Assembly: GCF_006345805.1 (NCBI RefSeq)
Contig: NC_043019.1
Location: forward strand, 1,488,001 to 1,552,000
Length of the DNA stretch: 64,000 nucleotides
Reading direction: 5' to 3'
Origin: Octopus sinensis
Taxonomy: Eukaryota
In this document: piece after piece, positions 1 through 12,585 of the stretch
How positions within the stretch are numbered: position 1 is the stretch's first letter
Layout: every line of letters begins with the position of its first letter
The notes under the pieces: model-generated
The model's input: only the letters and a program-made list of their open reading frames with translations
What the model was told of the DNA's origin: nothing
Databases searched by the model: none
Translations under genes and position numbers: made by a program

Positions 1-560
1 TAACATAGCAGTTTGGTGAAGAGAACAGTAATGTGGCAAATACCTTATAATATAGCATGAAATTATACCCACCTCATTGTGGATTAACCATGGATAAATT
101 CATCGTCTGTGAGTATGAAATACCTCCTCATATCTCTGGAAATTTACACCTACACTATGGATGGCTTAAACTTCTCTGTGAAACTAATAAGCTTTTTCAA
201 AACCTGTGATAAGACTGTGCATCATCATTAAAGAACTTTGGAAGTCTGTTTACAACCTGAATCTGCTTTTAATGAAATTATCTCCAATTCTTCATGAGTG
301 TAGCCTCATCCACTAAGATGTTTGGAGAACTCATATGTATTTTAGCTGATGAGTACGGGACACTTTTATCTGCTGCAATATTTGCAACTTTTAATAAAGC
401 CTGTCTTTGTATGAAACAATTGTACTAAAAACTAATCCATTCTTGTTGCTTCTTTTTCTCGTTTATAATCACCCCACACTACTGTATTGGTTAACAGCAT
501 ATAGTTTTCTGGTGCATCAAAGTAAGTACCATATTCAAGTGAATTCATTAGAATTGACTT
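1..560 (-). pseudogene. Highly degenerate non-LTR retrotransposon reverse transcriptase remnant
   Basis: Minus-strand translation across stops and frameshifts gives PENY.., KTGFIKSCKYC and ITGFEKAY*FHRE. These are in the order expected for LINE RT motifs PENYRP, Q.GF..GR.C.D and FIDFEKAYD.V.RE. Confidence 0.4.
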
Positions 561-592
561 GAATCTTAATTGTTTATATATATATATATATA

Positions 593-720
593 TACGAAGG
601 GCTTCTTTTAGTAGTTTCCGTCTACAAAATACACTCACAAGGCTTTGGTCGGCCCGAGGTTATTATAGAAGACATTTGCCCAAGGTGCCACACTGTGGGA
701 CTGAACCTGGAGCCATAAGT
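593..720 (-). mobile_element. SINE fragment (composite tRNA-derived family, head half, truncated)
   Basis: Matches the recurrent 'acgacgggcttctttcagtttccgtctaccaaatccactcacaaggctttggtcggcccgaggctatagtagaagacacttgcccaaggtgccacgc' seen in many copies in this window. Confidence 0.75.
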
Positions 721-1056
721 GTGGACGGCATTTTCTTTGCTCCTTCGCTGTCCTCAAAAATAGCGTTCGTAATACTTTTTTTCGTTCGGCTTAACAGCCT
801 TTCTTGTCTCGTTATTCTCCTTAACCTGTCTTTTACTATTTATATTTTGTACTGTCGTTACTGTCCTGTTTTTGTTACCATTTTTGCCCCTCTGCAAAAA
901 GATCTCAAATTTTATTTGATTTGCTTTTCGCAGGAAGGAGAGTTTCTATCGAAGATGCGTATCGCCTTCACCTTCGAAACGCAGAGTAGATGAAACAATG
1001 GCGACTGAAGAAGGGGAATTTTCCTTGTGTTATTTGTCCTGTACTCTATTTTTTTG

Positions 1057-1228
1057 TTGTTTAAGAAAAATGTCCAGTTCCTTGTTTTTGTGTTTATGTT
1101 TTCGTTCGTCATTGTGTTCGGCGTTTTTTTGGTGTCCTGTAACCTTATATGCGTGTATATATACATGTAGAGGTAGGTACGTACATATATGTATATATAT
1201 ATGCACATGTTTCATTTATTAATATATT
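1057..1228. repeat. Dispersed repeat shared with 38001-38168
   Basis: 'ttgtttaagaaaaatgtcca...tgtgtttatgttttcgtt...gcacatgtttcatttattaat' aligns by eye with 38001-38168. Confidence 0.7.
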
Positions 1229-1310
1229 ATATGACGGAACGCACGCATCCATTTCTAAGTAAGATTGTTCTTCTCTCTCTCTCTCTCTCTCTCTCTATCT
1301 CATATATATA

Positions 1311-1346
<36 letters not shown>

Positions 1347-1584
1347 TGTATGTATGTATGTATGTATAAGTATATATATGAGTATTTGTTTAGTTTTAAG
1401 GTTTGAAAATGCACCGAAATCTGAAAAGCGTGCGGTTGTTTCGACAACTTTTTGCTTATCAAAGTTTCAAATATATATTTGGATAAACGTGGGATCTCAG
1501 GAGAGTTTTAAATTACAAGGCCAAAAAAATGGGCAAACTTTTACACGCTCGATGGTTTAAACATGCTCACATTTAGCGTTTGTG

Positions 1585-1649
<65 letters not shown>

Positions 1650-1784
1650 GCGTGTGTATATCCTCCACGCTATTTTAGTTTAACAGATTTACTCTCCAGG
1701 CATTTACTCTAGTTGCCTTTCATTTGACGAATCTAAAACCACATGGTTGCAAAGCTCTTAACTACATATATAGACATAAATACT

Positions 1785-2037
1785 AAATAAATGCACCCTT
1801 TTAAAGCCTAGCCAGGCTCATGGGCCTGGTTTCCCGGTTTCTATGGTGCATGTGTTCCCCAGATGGACGGGACGCCAGTCCATCGCAGCGTTACACATTT
1901 TTGTCAGCTGAGTGAACTGGAGCAACGTGAAATGAAGTGTTTTGCTCAAGAACACAACGCGTCGCCCGGTTCAGAAATCGAAACCACAATCTTACGATGA
2001 TGGTGCTGACTCCCTAACCACTACGCCACGCGCCTCC
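1785..2037 (-). mobile_element. tRNA-derived SINE
   Basis: Minus strand has an A-box-like 'ggcgcgtggcgtagtggtt', a B-box-like 'ggtttcgattt', the central 'tcttgagcaaaacacttcatttcacgttgctccag' and 'gcgatggactggcgtcccgtcc', and ends near (attt)n. Confidence 0.75.
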
Positions 2038-2247
2038 GCATATATAGACATGCCGACTAATATTTGCTATCTTTAGTGAAATACATCTATGATCAAAGTT
2101 CTCCAGCCGTGAGACTTATCTACCGTTATATTATCTTACGTACCCATACTTCTTCTTGTTGACACTGTGACCCAAGTCCCTCGTATAAACGAGCAGAATT
2201 ACGATGAATGTCGACTGGCCATGATAATCCCAATATGTTTTCAAACC

Positions 2248-2480
2248 TATTTCTTTACTACCCACAAGGGGCTAAACACAGAGGGGACAAACAAGGACAG
2301 ACAAACGGATCAAGTCGATTATATCGACCCCAGTGCGTAACTGGTACTTAATTTATCGACCTCGAAAGGATGAAGGGCAAGGTCGACCTCGGCGGAATTT
2401 GAACTCAGAACGTAATGGCAGACGAAATACGGCTACGCATTTTGCCCGGCGTGCAAACGATTCTGCCAGCTCGTCGCATT
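2248..2480 (-). mobile_element. SINE (family with central 'gcctttcatcctttcggggtcgataaattaagtaccag' domain, Meta-domain-like by recall)
   Basis: Same consensus as copies at 6215, 41537 and 46481. Confidence 0.8.
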
Positions 2481-3502
2481 AAATATGTTTTCAAACCTAA
2501 TGTATATTGGGTAATTATATCTCATATATCCCCTTCTCATGGATCATTGGCATCGTTTTATGTTATTGACATCTTAATGTAGCGATTTGTCAAAATTGGC
2601 AGAGCATCAGTTATCATGTTTTCACGTGTCTATCACAATTGGCTGCGCTCCAATTTCTAACCCATCACAGCCAATTTTGCCTTTTATTACTTTGGAGTTC
2701 ATTAATGAATAATCAGTGAAATTCGAGACTTTTACAGTAATGGCATCTTATGAACATGAGAAGGAAGAGGAAACATCTCAATGAAAATCTTAATAGTTAC
2801 GGCTGAAGTACCTTTGATCATAGGTTTTCGAATCTATACCGTTATTCTCCTCGAAAACCATATATCACATCTTTATATCAGCCTAATTATTTTTCTTATT
2901 ATCGACTGATATATAAAGTATCTAACAGAAGATGGACGTTTGTAATTCATTTCGAAGCTTTCAAAATAGAAGTTGGTGGAAATTAATTATAAATGATAAA
3001 TTAAGAGTTATTAGTTATGAGAACGTTCATATTGTTTAATCCCATATTAGCTGTGGCCAAGCACGTCTGTGATTTAATTCTTTCCAATAGTTGCCATCTG
3101 ATGTGATTATTTTTTAAAATTCCAGACTTAGTAATTTTGCGACTACGTTACTTAATACTTACTTCTTTCTCCGAGGGTCATTTTAAGACTAAACCAGATC
3201 AGACACACGAAATTTGTGATCAAATCAATCCATCCATGACTATCTCACTTATTTTCAGACATGATGTATCCAAGTCAACCTCAACCAATATGTACTTCCC
3301 TTGTTTATGATCGTAGATGTAGAGACGGGGAGATGTTTTCTATTCCTAGCATGCTAAATGGCCATGTAAAAACTCGTTGACTTATCACGTCTAGGATCAG
3401 GTACAAGGTTCTCGGCAGTGTTTAGTCTAGTCCCTCGACCCAGTATTATGTTAGAAATATTGTAATGTGTCACCAATCAGAGAAGAACTTATGCATATAC
3501 AC

Positions 3503-3551
<49 letters not shown>

Positions 3552-3579
3552 ATATATATATATATGTATAATATATATA

Positions 3580-3654
<75 letters not shown>

Positions 3655-3693
3655 TATATTTGTATATATATATATATACATATATTATATATA

Positions 3694-4078
3694 TACTCTT
3701 TTACTATTTTACTTGTTTCAGTCATTTGACTGCGGCCATGCTGGAGCACCGCCTTTAGTCGAGCATATCGAGCCAGGGACTTATTCTTTGTAAGCCCAGT
3801 ACTTATTCTATCGGTCTCTTTTGCCAAACCACTAGGTGACGGGGACGTAAACACACCAGCATCGGTTATCAAGCAATGCTAGGGGGACAAACACAGACAC
3901 ACAAACACATACACACACGCACACACACATATATACATATACATATATACGACAGGCTTCTTTCAGTTTCCGTCTACCCGGGGCTATAGCAGAAGGCAAT
4001 TGCCCAAGATGCCACGCAGCGGGACTGAACCCTGAACCATGTGGTTGGTTAGCAAGCTACTTACCACACAGGCACTCC
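3694..4078 (-). mobile_element. Composite tRNA-derived SINE with internal microsatellite
   Basis: Head 'gtgtggtaagtagcttgct...ggttcagggttcagtccc', internal (TA/TG)n, and 3' tail 'ggcggtgctccagcatggccgcagtcaaatgactgaaacaagtaaaa'. Confidence 0.85.
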
Positions 4079-4121
4079 ACACACATATATATCTATATAT
4101 ATATCTATATATATATATATG

Positions 4122-4176
<55 letters not shown>

Positions 4177-4559
4177 TGTATGTATATATACCAAAAGATA
4201 TAAGGTATTCACACATTAGGTTTGTCTATACATGACAATTCTAACAGTAGATGCCTTATCTTCGAAATTTAATCCCGTATTTGTCAGAATGAATTCCTGT
4301 GATATAAATAATATTGAAAATAATTTTATCTAAACACTGTATGCTGTTTATCAAGCATCATGTTTTCTGAAGAAAAGTCTGAATTCTGTCACCGTTGGAA
4401 CTCAAATGAATTGTAAAGGAGAATGACATTATCAAACTCCTTCATTAACCAAATACTACACTTCAGGTAAGGTTTTAAGCTGTGAAAACGTAGCGAAGTT
4501 AACATCTGTACACCAGCATACCCCCCATACACACATACTGATGTCAGGGCCCATCTTCT

Positions 4560-5270
4560 TTCTCGTCGGACTAATATTCGATTTGACGTCCATTTTAAAA
4601 TTATATCTTAACCAGTTAGGTGTCATTATTCCTTTTCAGCCATATCCAGGTCTGCGCCTCTGAACTTCGTCTGAATCTCCTTCCAGATGGCCTTTACTGG
4701 CCAATATTGGACACCAATTGATAGCAGCCAGCGTTTCAGTGTGTTTCAGATGAAAGTCCTACATCCGCCTTCTACAGGAACATGTACTGATCTCCAACCA
4801 GTATTTATATAACCTTCCCGGGGAATCTCATAGAGCACATTTTTCTTAACATGGACTGCATCTAGACTGCGTTTATATGCAACAGTTAATTGAAGAAACC
4901 GTATTGTCTTATGTTTCTCACACATTATTCTGATAACCGTCTTCCTCCTTTGTGGTATTGCAAAGGGGCTTTCATACCCAACAAGATCTGCTGGTACCGT
5001 CTCCTTTAACTTTCTTCTCATTTGGTTAACCATATTAACTTTCACGGAAAATCGTGATAAACCGTTTACTGACTTCCATCAGCAGTTTGTTGTCACCATT
5101 GTCAGAGATGCAAATCATAGTTGTTCCTCACCCACCCGACAAGTCCATAGCATGTTCCTCGAGACTTTTGGTTCCTGGCAAGGTTCAATGAGAAACTGAA
5201 GAAGGTTATGACAATGGTTCTCGACAGCTCACATTGTGGAGGGGCACCACGCCAAGTGCACTGACGTTAG
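4560..5270 (-). pseudogene. Degenerate Penelope-like element remnant (RT thumb/linker into GIY-YIG)
   Basis: The ORF 4746-5045 segments VIRIMCEKHKTIRFLQ and KKNVLYEIP resemble PLE linker and GIY-YIG 'KNVVYEIPC' regions. Many disruptions. Confidence 0.4.
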
Positions 5271-5452
5271 ACGATTACACTTCGAAGATTATAATTTTGC
5301 TCTCTGAATGTAATAAATTTCTGTCCTGAAAGAGTCTCAAAACGTCTGGAATGCACCGCACACGCACTCACACACACACACGAACGCACGGAGGCACGCA
5401 CACACAAAGAAATATACACACATACACACACACAGATACATATATATATGTA

Positions 5453-5486
<34 letters not shown>

Positions 5487-5507
5487 CATATATATATACA
5501 CACACAC

Positions 5508-5548
<41 letters not shown>

Positions 5549-6042
5549 CAGACATGTATATATATACATACACAGAGACATGTATATCATGGAATAAATT
5601 ATTTCTATGAGATGAGTAGACAAATAGTTATCGTCATGCAATGTAGCTCTTTGAAATGTTCTTCAATCGCTAGTGTAGTAACTAACAGTATTACCGGGTG
5701 TTTTATTGTTATAGCACTGGCTATTAAAAGTTAGAATATATTGCCAACTAAACGCTGCCAATATATTCTCATCTCATTCTCTCGTAGCGTGAGCTGTGTT
5801 CTCACCTCTGATCTCCTTTCTGCAATACACTTGGCTCTTTCCATCTTACGCATATTATTATCTGGAATTCTAACTAGACGTATTATTTACGTGCTTCACG
5901 TTAACCTAATAAAAAGGAACATTAGAAAACGAACATTAGCTTCACTTGAGTTCATTTAGTTACCCAAATTCAGGTTTTTATTATGCAGAGATCGTTGAGT
6001 GAAATTTTTTTCCCACTGCGCCAAAAGATTTCATTGCTAGCT

Positions 6043-6086
<44 letters not shown>

Positions 6087-6119
6087 GTGTGTATGTATGT
6101 GTGTATGTATGTGTGTGTT

Positions 6120-6157
<38 letters not shown>

Positions 6158-6214
6158 GAGAGAGAAAGAAGTAGATAGCTAGATGGATAAATAGATATTG
6201 ATTAAAACATATCA

Positions 6215-6586
6215 AAATACCTATTTCTTTACTACCCACAAGGGGTTAAACACAGAAAGGACAAACAAAGACAGACAAACGGACTAAATCGATTATATCG
6301 ACTCCAGTGCGTAACTCGTACTTATTTAATCGACCCCAAAATGATGAAATGCAAATCGACCTCGGCGGAATTTGAACTCAGAACGTAGCGGCAGACGAAA
6401 TACATATTTATTTACTACCCACAAGGGGCTAAGCACAGAGAGGACAAACAAAGACAGACAAACGGATTAAATCGATTATATCGCCCCCAATGCGTAACTG
6501 GTACTTATTTAAACGACCCCGAAAGGATGAAAGGCAAAGTCGACCTCGGTGGAATTTGAACTCAGAACGTAGCGGCAGACGAAATA
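6215..6586 (-). mobile_element. Two head-to-tail SINE monomers
   Basis: Two consecutive copies of 'tttactacccacaagggg...aacgtagcggcagacgaaata', both lacking the head. Confidence 0.8.
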
Positions 6587-6838
6587 AAAGAGATGCCACA
6601 AGACATATTGCTCAATTGCTCTAACAATTCCGCTTTAAAATTTAATATCCACAATAGGGATTTGAAATCAGGTCACATCTTAGTATAATACCAGCTTACC
6701 TTTTTCTTATGTGCCACTTCCTAACCAATATATCAAAATACCAGGAAGCTTTATGAAAATAAACAAAAGACGAAGGCAGGTGGAAAACAAACGAACAATT
6801 GTATTAGTATGGCGCTCAGGAAATATAAATAAAACAAG

Positions 6839-6876
6839 TCTTTAACGTTTCGAGCCTACGCTCTTCAACAGAAAGA
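6839..6876 (-). ncRNA. Minimal type I hammerhead ribozyme motif (variant core) in PLE pLTR
   Basis: TCTTT-CTGTTGA-A-GAGC(GTAG)GCTC-GAA-ACGT-T-AAAGA. Stem I is 5 bp, stem II is 4 bp, stem III is the palindrome ACGT, and the core has A6 replaced by U. Confidence 0.65.
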
Positions 6877-7639
6877 TACACAGAGAGAGAAAAACACAGA
6901 AGAAGGAGGAAAAAAAAATGCGTGCAGTAGCTAACGAATCAACATGGCGATCTGATTCGGCCAGAGGTCAAAGATCAAACATGAGACGCGCGAGAGCGAA
7001 ATAAGGGGAGATAATAGGGTTGATAAAATGGTTGAGGACCAGCTAAAAGTGCGTGGGAGGGGTCTGTGTTTGTATGTATAGGGTTGGTGTATGTATTAGT
7101 ATGTATAAGGGTGTGGTGTGTGGTGTGTGTGTATGAGAGAGTATTAGTGCGTAGGATTGTCTGGACGTGCGTATATGGTGTTTGGTGTATGTATTAGTAT
7201 GTATTAGTATGTATTAGTACGTATTGGTATGCATAGGTGTGTGTGTGTGTGAGAGAGTATAAGTGCGTATGCGGGGTCTGGACGTGTGTATGTATAGGGT
7301 TGGTGTAAGTATTAGTATGTACTAGTATGTATTAGTACGTATTAGTATGTATTAGTTGGTGTGTGTATTAGTATGGCACATCATATGTGATGTGATGTGT
7401 AAAGTCATGTGGTGTAGTGAGGAGAGAGGGGGGGGGGAGAAGAGGGGGGAGACGGGGGGGGAAGAGGGGAGGAGAAGGGGAAGAGGAGAGGATGGGGAGA
7501 AGGAAGGGAGGAGAGGGAAGAGAGAAAGGGGAAAAGGGAGGGAGAAAAAGAGGGAAGAAGGGAAGGGGAAATAGGGGTGAAAGGATAAGGGACTGAAGAA
7601 GTAGGGGTCGGGGGGAGAAAGGATAGGTGAGGAGGGGGG

Positions 7640-10440
7640 AGGGGGCTTAGATGAAGAGGGGGGGGGGAGAGTTGAGACCAATGGCGTATAAGAGCGAAGA
7701 GAGAAGATTAATTCCTGTTCACGGCGCGCGCAACGGGAATCCGGATGGCCTCTGTGTAAGGACAAACCGAACACAGATAGGTGTTGCAAGGAGTGACCGG
7801 TGGAGCGGAAATGGCGTGAGACCGGTGTGTCGTTCGCAAGGTGGATGTCACGAAGGTGTTCCGCGAACCGGTCAGCCAAGCGGCGTCCCGTTTGTCCGAT
7901 GTACAAGGAATTGCAGAGAGAGCAAGAGATGCAATAGATAATATTGCTGGAGGTGCAGGTGAAGGAGTGGATGATGGGATAGGGTCGATGGTGGGTGCTA
8001 GTGAGGCGGGTGGTGTTGAAGAGGTAAGGGAAAGTGCGGCAACGTGGGCGGGAGCAGGGGAACGAGCCGGGTTGGGAGGTAGGGTCAGGGAAGGAGCTAT
8101 GGACCAAAAGGTCTCGAAGGTTGTGGGCTCGTTTGAAAGAGGGGAGGGGTCGGTTAGGGAAGAGGTGTGAAGTGGACGGGTCGGACTGGAGATGACGGAA
8201 AGCTCGAAGAATGGTGCGTTGGAGACGTAGGGTCGTGGGGTGGTAAGTGAGGGGAAAAGGGAGGCGGGAGACTACAGGGCGGGTTCGGGGAGAGAGAGCA
8301 GATACACGGTCCACGGACCGTGCTCTGGCAAGGCGGGTGTGGATAGTGGTGAGGGGGCATCCACGTAGGGTGAAGTAGTGAGCCATACGTTGAGACTGAG
8401 TCTCAAAGTCATGGTCGTCACTACAGAGCCTACGTAGACGGAGGAATTGGGAATAGGGGATGGAAAGCTTGGTGTGTTCTGGGTGGGAGGAAGAGAAGTT
8501 GAGGTATGAGTGTGAGTCTGTGTGTTTGTTGTAATGGGAGGTGGTAAGAGTGGAGTGAAGAATGCTAACCGAAATGTCGAGGAAGGAGACAGAGGTGTTG
8601 GAGATAGTGGAAGTGAAGTGGAGGGCTGGATGGAAAGATGGGACGAAAGAGAGGAAGGAATCTAGATATTCGCGGAGAGTGAGGTGGCACCGATAATGTC
8701 GTCAATATAACGACCATATAGTTCAGGAGTGGGACCAGTGAAATTAGAGAATATTTGGCCTCAACATAGCCAACGAACAGGTTCGCATAGTTGGGGCCCA
8801 TTCGCGTTCCCATGGCCACTCCCGAGACCTGATGGTAGAACTCGCCCGCGAACGAGAAGCAGTTCAGAGTAAGGACAAGTTCGGCCAGACGAATGAGTGT
8901 GGAGTGTCAGGTACAGGGTTAGAGCGGAGGTCAAGAAAGTGTCGAAGGGCCTGCAGTCCTTCGTGGTGAGGGATAACAGTATAGGGCTTTGGATGTCCAT
9001 AGTAAAAAGGATTTTGGAGGAGCCGGGAGGAAAGGAGAAAGATTGTGAAAAGCCGGAGAGCATGGTTGGTATCGTGGATGTGGGAGGGAAGAGATGCCAC
9101 TAGGGGGGCAAGGACACGGTCGAGGTATTTAGAGATGAGCTCCGTGGGGCAGTTACAGGCGGAGACGATGGGGCGGCCAGGGTTGTTGGGTTTGTGGATT
9201 TTGGGGAGGAAGTAAATGGTGGGGGTACGTGGGGTTCGCACAATTAGGTTGGATGCGGTGCGGGGGAGACGGGAGGACGAGATGAGGTCTTGGACAGTAG
9301 AGGATACCGTCTGTTGGTAGCTACGTGTGGGGTTAGCGGGCAGAGGGGAATAGAAGGAGGTGTCATTGAGTTGGCGGAAAGCCTCGGCCTCGGCCCTATA
9401 GAGGTCCGCGCGCCACACCACTACAGCTCCACCCTTGTCAGCCGGTTTGATGATAATGTCAGCGCGCCGTTGGAGGGAACGAAGAGCCAAGAGCTCAGCC
9501 GGGGAGATGTTGAGGCGGCGTTGGCGCCTGGAGAAGTTGAACCGCTCCAATGCACGCTGACAAGCGCCCGCGAAAAGATCCACTGCTAGATCTGGCCAGG
9601 GGCAGGCGTCCACGGGGATGGTCGGCGGCCCAGGCCAGTGAAGCAGTAGTCCTCTTCGTTGGGTGTGGGTGGCGAGTCGTGGTAATGCGCACCCAACCGG
9701 ACACGGCGCACAAAGCTGTGGACATCAACTCGCGTCTGGAATTCCTTACAGGATGGAGTGAGGGGGATGAACGCAGACCCCTACCAAGGACGGAGCGTTC
9801 AGCAGCCGCAGAGAGGGAAGATCGGGGGGAATGGTAACAACAGACGGAAGTGGAGAAGGGGTGGGTGGATAGAAGTAGGAGGGGTGGTAGGTCACGTGGA
9901 GGTCTGAGGGGGAGGGATTGGGGAGGTGTTGTGGGGGTGGTTGGGCGGGGGGGCAGTAGGGTTAGGTGTAGGTGGATGGAGCCTAACGGGAGGGGAGAAG
10001 GGGTTGTAGGGAGGGGCAGTGGGGTAGGTGTGGGTGGATGGAGCCTATCGGGAGGGGAGAAGGTGGTGGAGGAGTTGGGGTAGTGGCGTCGGGTAGGGTG
10101 GAATGGAAGAGTGATTGGAGTTTACGAAGTTTGGTATCAGAAAGAAATTGATGGAAGAGTTGATTCAAATGGATAATGAAGCGTAGCGTGTTTGGAGCAT
10201 AGAGAGGCGGCAGAGAGGAGAAGAAGGTGGAGAAAGCAGGAGGAAGAAGGCGGTTGATGGCATGTAGTTTGGAGAGATTGAGCGAATGGTGGCCCGCATA
10301 AGGCGGTAAGATGTGGTGCGGAGTATGGGTAAGATGGAAGAATCCGAGTGGAGAGCAGGGTGGAACTGGAGGCGGAAACCTTTAGGGATGAGTCGGTGAT
10401 GTAGGCAGCGGCTTAGGAAAGAGACATGGCTAGAGAAGCG
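7640..10440 (-). pseudogene. PLE RT + GIY-YIG endonuclease ORF, frameshifted in this assembly
   Basis: ORF-track pieces 8864-9613, 8565-8819 and 7352-8386 carry consecutive domains. The N-terminal 'FSRHVSFLSRCLHHRLIPKGF' motif lies near 10380-10440. Confidence 0.85.
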
Positions 10441-11276
10441 GGTTTTTTTTTAAAAGAAGTAGAGAGAGATTAACGGACGGCTGAAGGCAATACAGGAAGC
10501 GAACGTAGATGATCCTTCAAACGGTGATGGAGGGTGAGGAGGTAGGACCTAGGATCCGGCATGATGGGATAGCGGGAAAAAACGTTCGAAAAAACAAAAA
10601 AACAAAAAACAAAAATTATCGTATGAAAAAAATAGAAAAAAAGATAGCGAAAAAAGGGGGAAAAACAAACGTTCAAAAAAACAAAAAAATAATAATCGTA
10701 TGAAAAACTAGATAAGTAAGCGATAGGGGCAGAAAAGACGGGGCAAACGGAAAAGGGAAAGAAAGAAGGGAAGCAGAGAGAGGGGGAGGCAAAAAAAGGG
10801 GGGTGCAGGCAGAGGAAAGGACTATGGACATCCAGAGAGGGAAGAAAGACGGAAAGGAGAACAAAAATTCAGGAAAATGTGGAAAGCATGAAATGAATGT
10901 AAAAAAAGTGGTAATATAAGAGAAAATAAAAATACAACAAACAGGACAGTTTATGCGAACAAGTTCAAGGTTGAAAGTTCAAGGTGAGAAATGTGTAGAC
11001 GTCGTGGTATATTTTTTAAGGATTTCACATCAATGCAAAGTCACTTTGATCCGCGAAAGAGAGGCAGCCGATGGTAAGTATCCAAGAGGTAAAGAAAATC
11101 CAAGGTAGAGGTAAGTGTTGATAGTGGTATTGGTAGAATATAGGATGAAAGTGAGACCACGTGAGCGCATAATATATAACGGGAAGCTTTATGAAAATAA
11201 ACAAAAGACGAAGGCAGGTGGAAAACAAACAAACAATTGTATTAGTATGGCGCTCAGGAAATATAAATAAAACAAG

Positions 11277-11314
11277 TCTTTAACGTTTCGAGCCTACGCT
11301 CTTCAACAGAAAGA
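11277..11314 (-). ncRNA. Second copy of the variant minimal hammerhead in the upstream pLTR
   Basis: Identical 38-nt motif to 6839-6876. Confidence 0.65.
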
Positions 11315-12585
11315 TACACAGAGAGAGAAAAACACAGAAAGAAGGAGAGAAAAAAAATGCGTGCAGTAGCTAACGAATCAACATGGCGATCTGATTTCGG
11401 CCAGAGGTCACAGATCAAACATGAGACGCGAGAGCGAAATAAGGGAGATAATAGGGTTGATAAAAGGGTGAGGGACCAGCTAAAAGTGCGTGGAGGGGTC
11501 TGGATTGTGTATGTATAGGGTTGTGTATGTATTAGTATGTATAAGGGTGTGTGTGTGGTGTGTGTATGAGAGAGTATTAGTGCGTAGGATGGTCTGGACG
11601 TGCGTATGTATGGGGTTGGTGTATGTATTAGTATGTATTAGTACGTATTGGTATGCATAGGTTGTGTGTGTGAGAGAGTATAAGTGCGTATGCGGGGTGG
11701 ACTGTGTATGTATAGGGTTGGTGTAAGTATTAGTATGTACTAGTATGTATTAGTACGTATTAGTATGTATTAGTTGGTGTGTGTATTAGTATGGCACATC
11801 ATATGTGATGTGATGTGTAAAGTCATGTGGTGTAGTGAGGAGAAGAGGGGGAGGGGGAGAAGAGGGGGGGAAGGGGGGGAGGGGAGGAGAACGGGAAGAG
11901 GAGAGGATGGGGAGAAGGAAGGGGAGAGAGGGAGCAGAGGGAAGGGGAAGAGGGAGGGAGAAAGAGGGAAGAAGGGAAGGGGAGTAGGGGTGAAAGGATG
12001 AAGGACTGAAGAAGTAGGGGTCGGGGGGAGAAAGGATAGGTGAGGAGGGGGAGGGGGCTTAGATGAGAGGGGGGGAGAGTTGAGACCAAATGGCGTATAA
12101 GAGCGAAGAGAGAAGATTAATTCTGTTCACGGCGCGCAACGGGAATCCGGATGGCCTCTGTGTAAGGACAAACCGAACACAGATAGGTGTTGCAAGGAGT
12201 GACCGGTGGAGCGGAAATGGCGTGAGACCGGTGTGTCGTTCGCAAGGTGGATGTCACGAAGGTGTTCCGCGAACCGGTCAGCCAAGCGGCGTCCCGTTTG
12301 TCCGATGTACAAGGAATTGCAGAGAGAGCAAGAGATGCAATAGATAATATTGCTGGAGGTGCAGGTGAAGGAGTGGATGATGGGATAGGGTCGATGGTGG
12401 GTGCTAGTGACCAGCCCGCTATATCTTTCTAATAGATTGTAAGAATTTTGAAATAATTACAATTCATTTTCAGAACCATGTGTTTTGCTTCCACAAACCG
12501 ATTTTCCCTTATTCTATAAGTAATTGTAATTTTATAAAGAAAAATCTGCTGAAATAAAATATCCCTTTAATATTTATACTTTCTC

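Larger units (their letters stand above)
6744..12410 (-). mobile_element. Penelope-like retroelement in partial tandem; direct pseudo-LTRs at 6744-8002 and 11182-12410
   Basis: RT motifs IIKPADKGGAVVVW, YFLPKIHKPNNPGRPIVS and AMGTRMGPNYANLF. GIY-YIG motif NIIYCISCSLCNSLYIGQTGRRLADRFAEH. A ~1.2-kb direct repeat starts 'ggaagctttatgaaaataaac' at 6744 and 11182, and the upstream copy is 5'-truncated at 12410. Confidence 0.93.

Noticed and set aside
7356-10083. Plus-strand G/R/E-rich ORFs
   Set aside because: They are antisense shadows of the PLE ORF and its pyrimidine-rich UTR.
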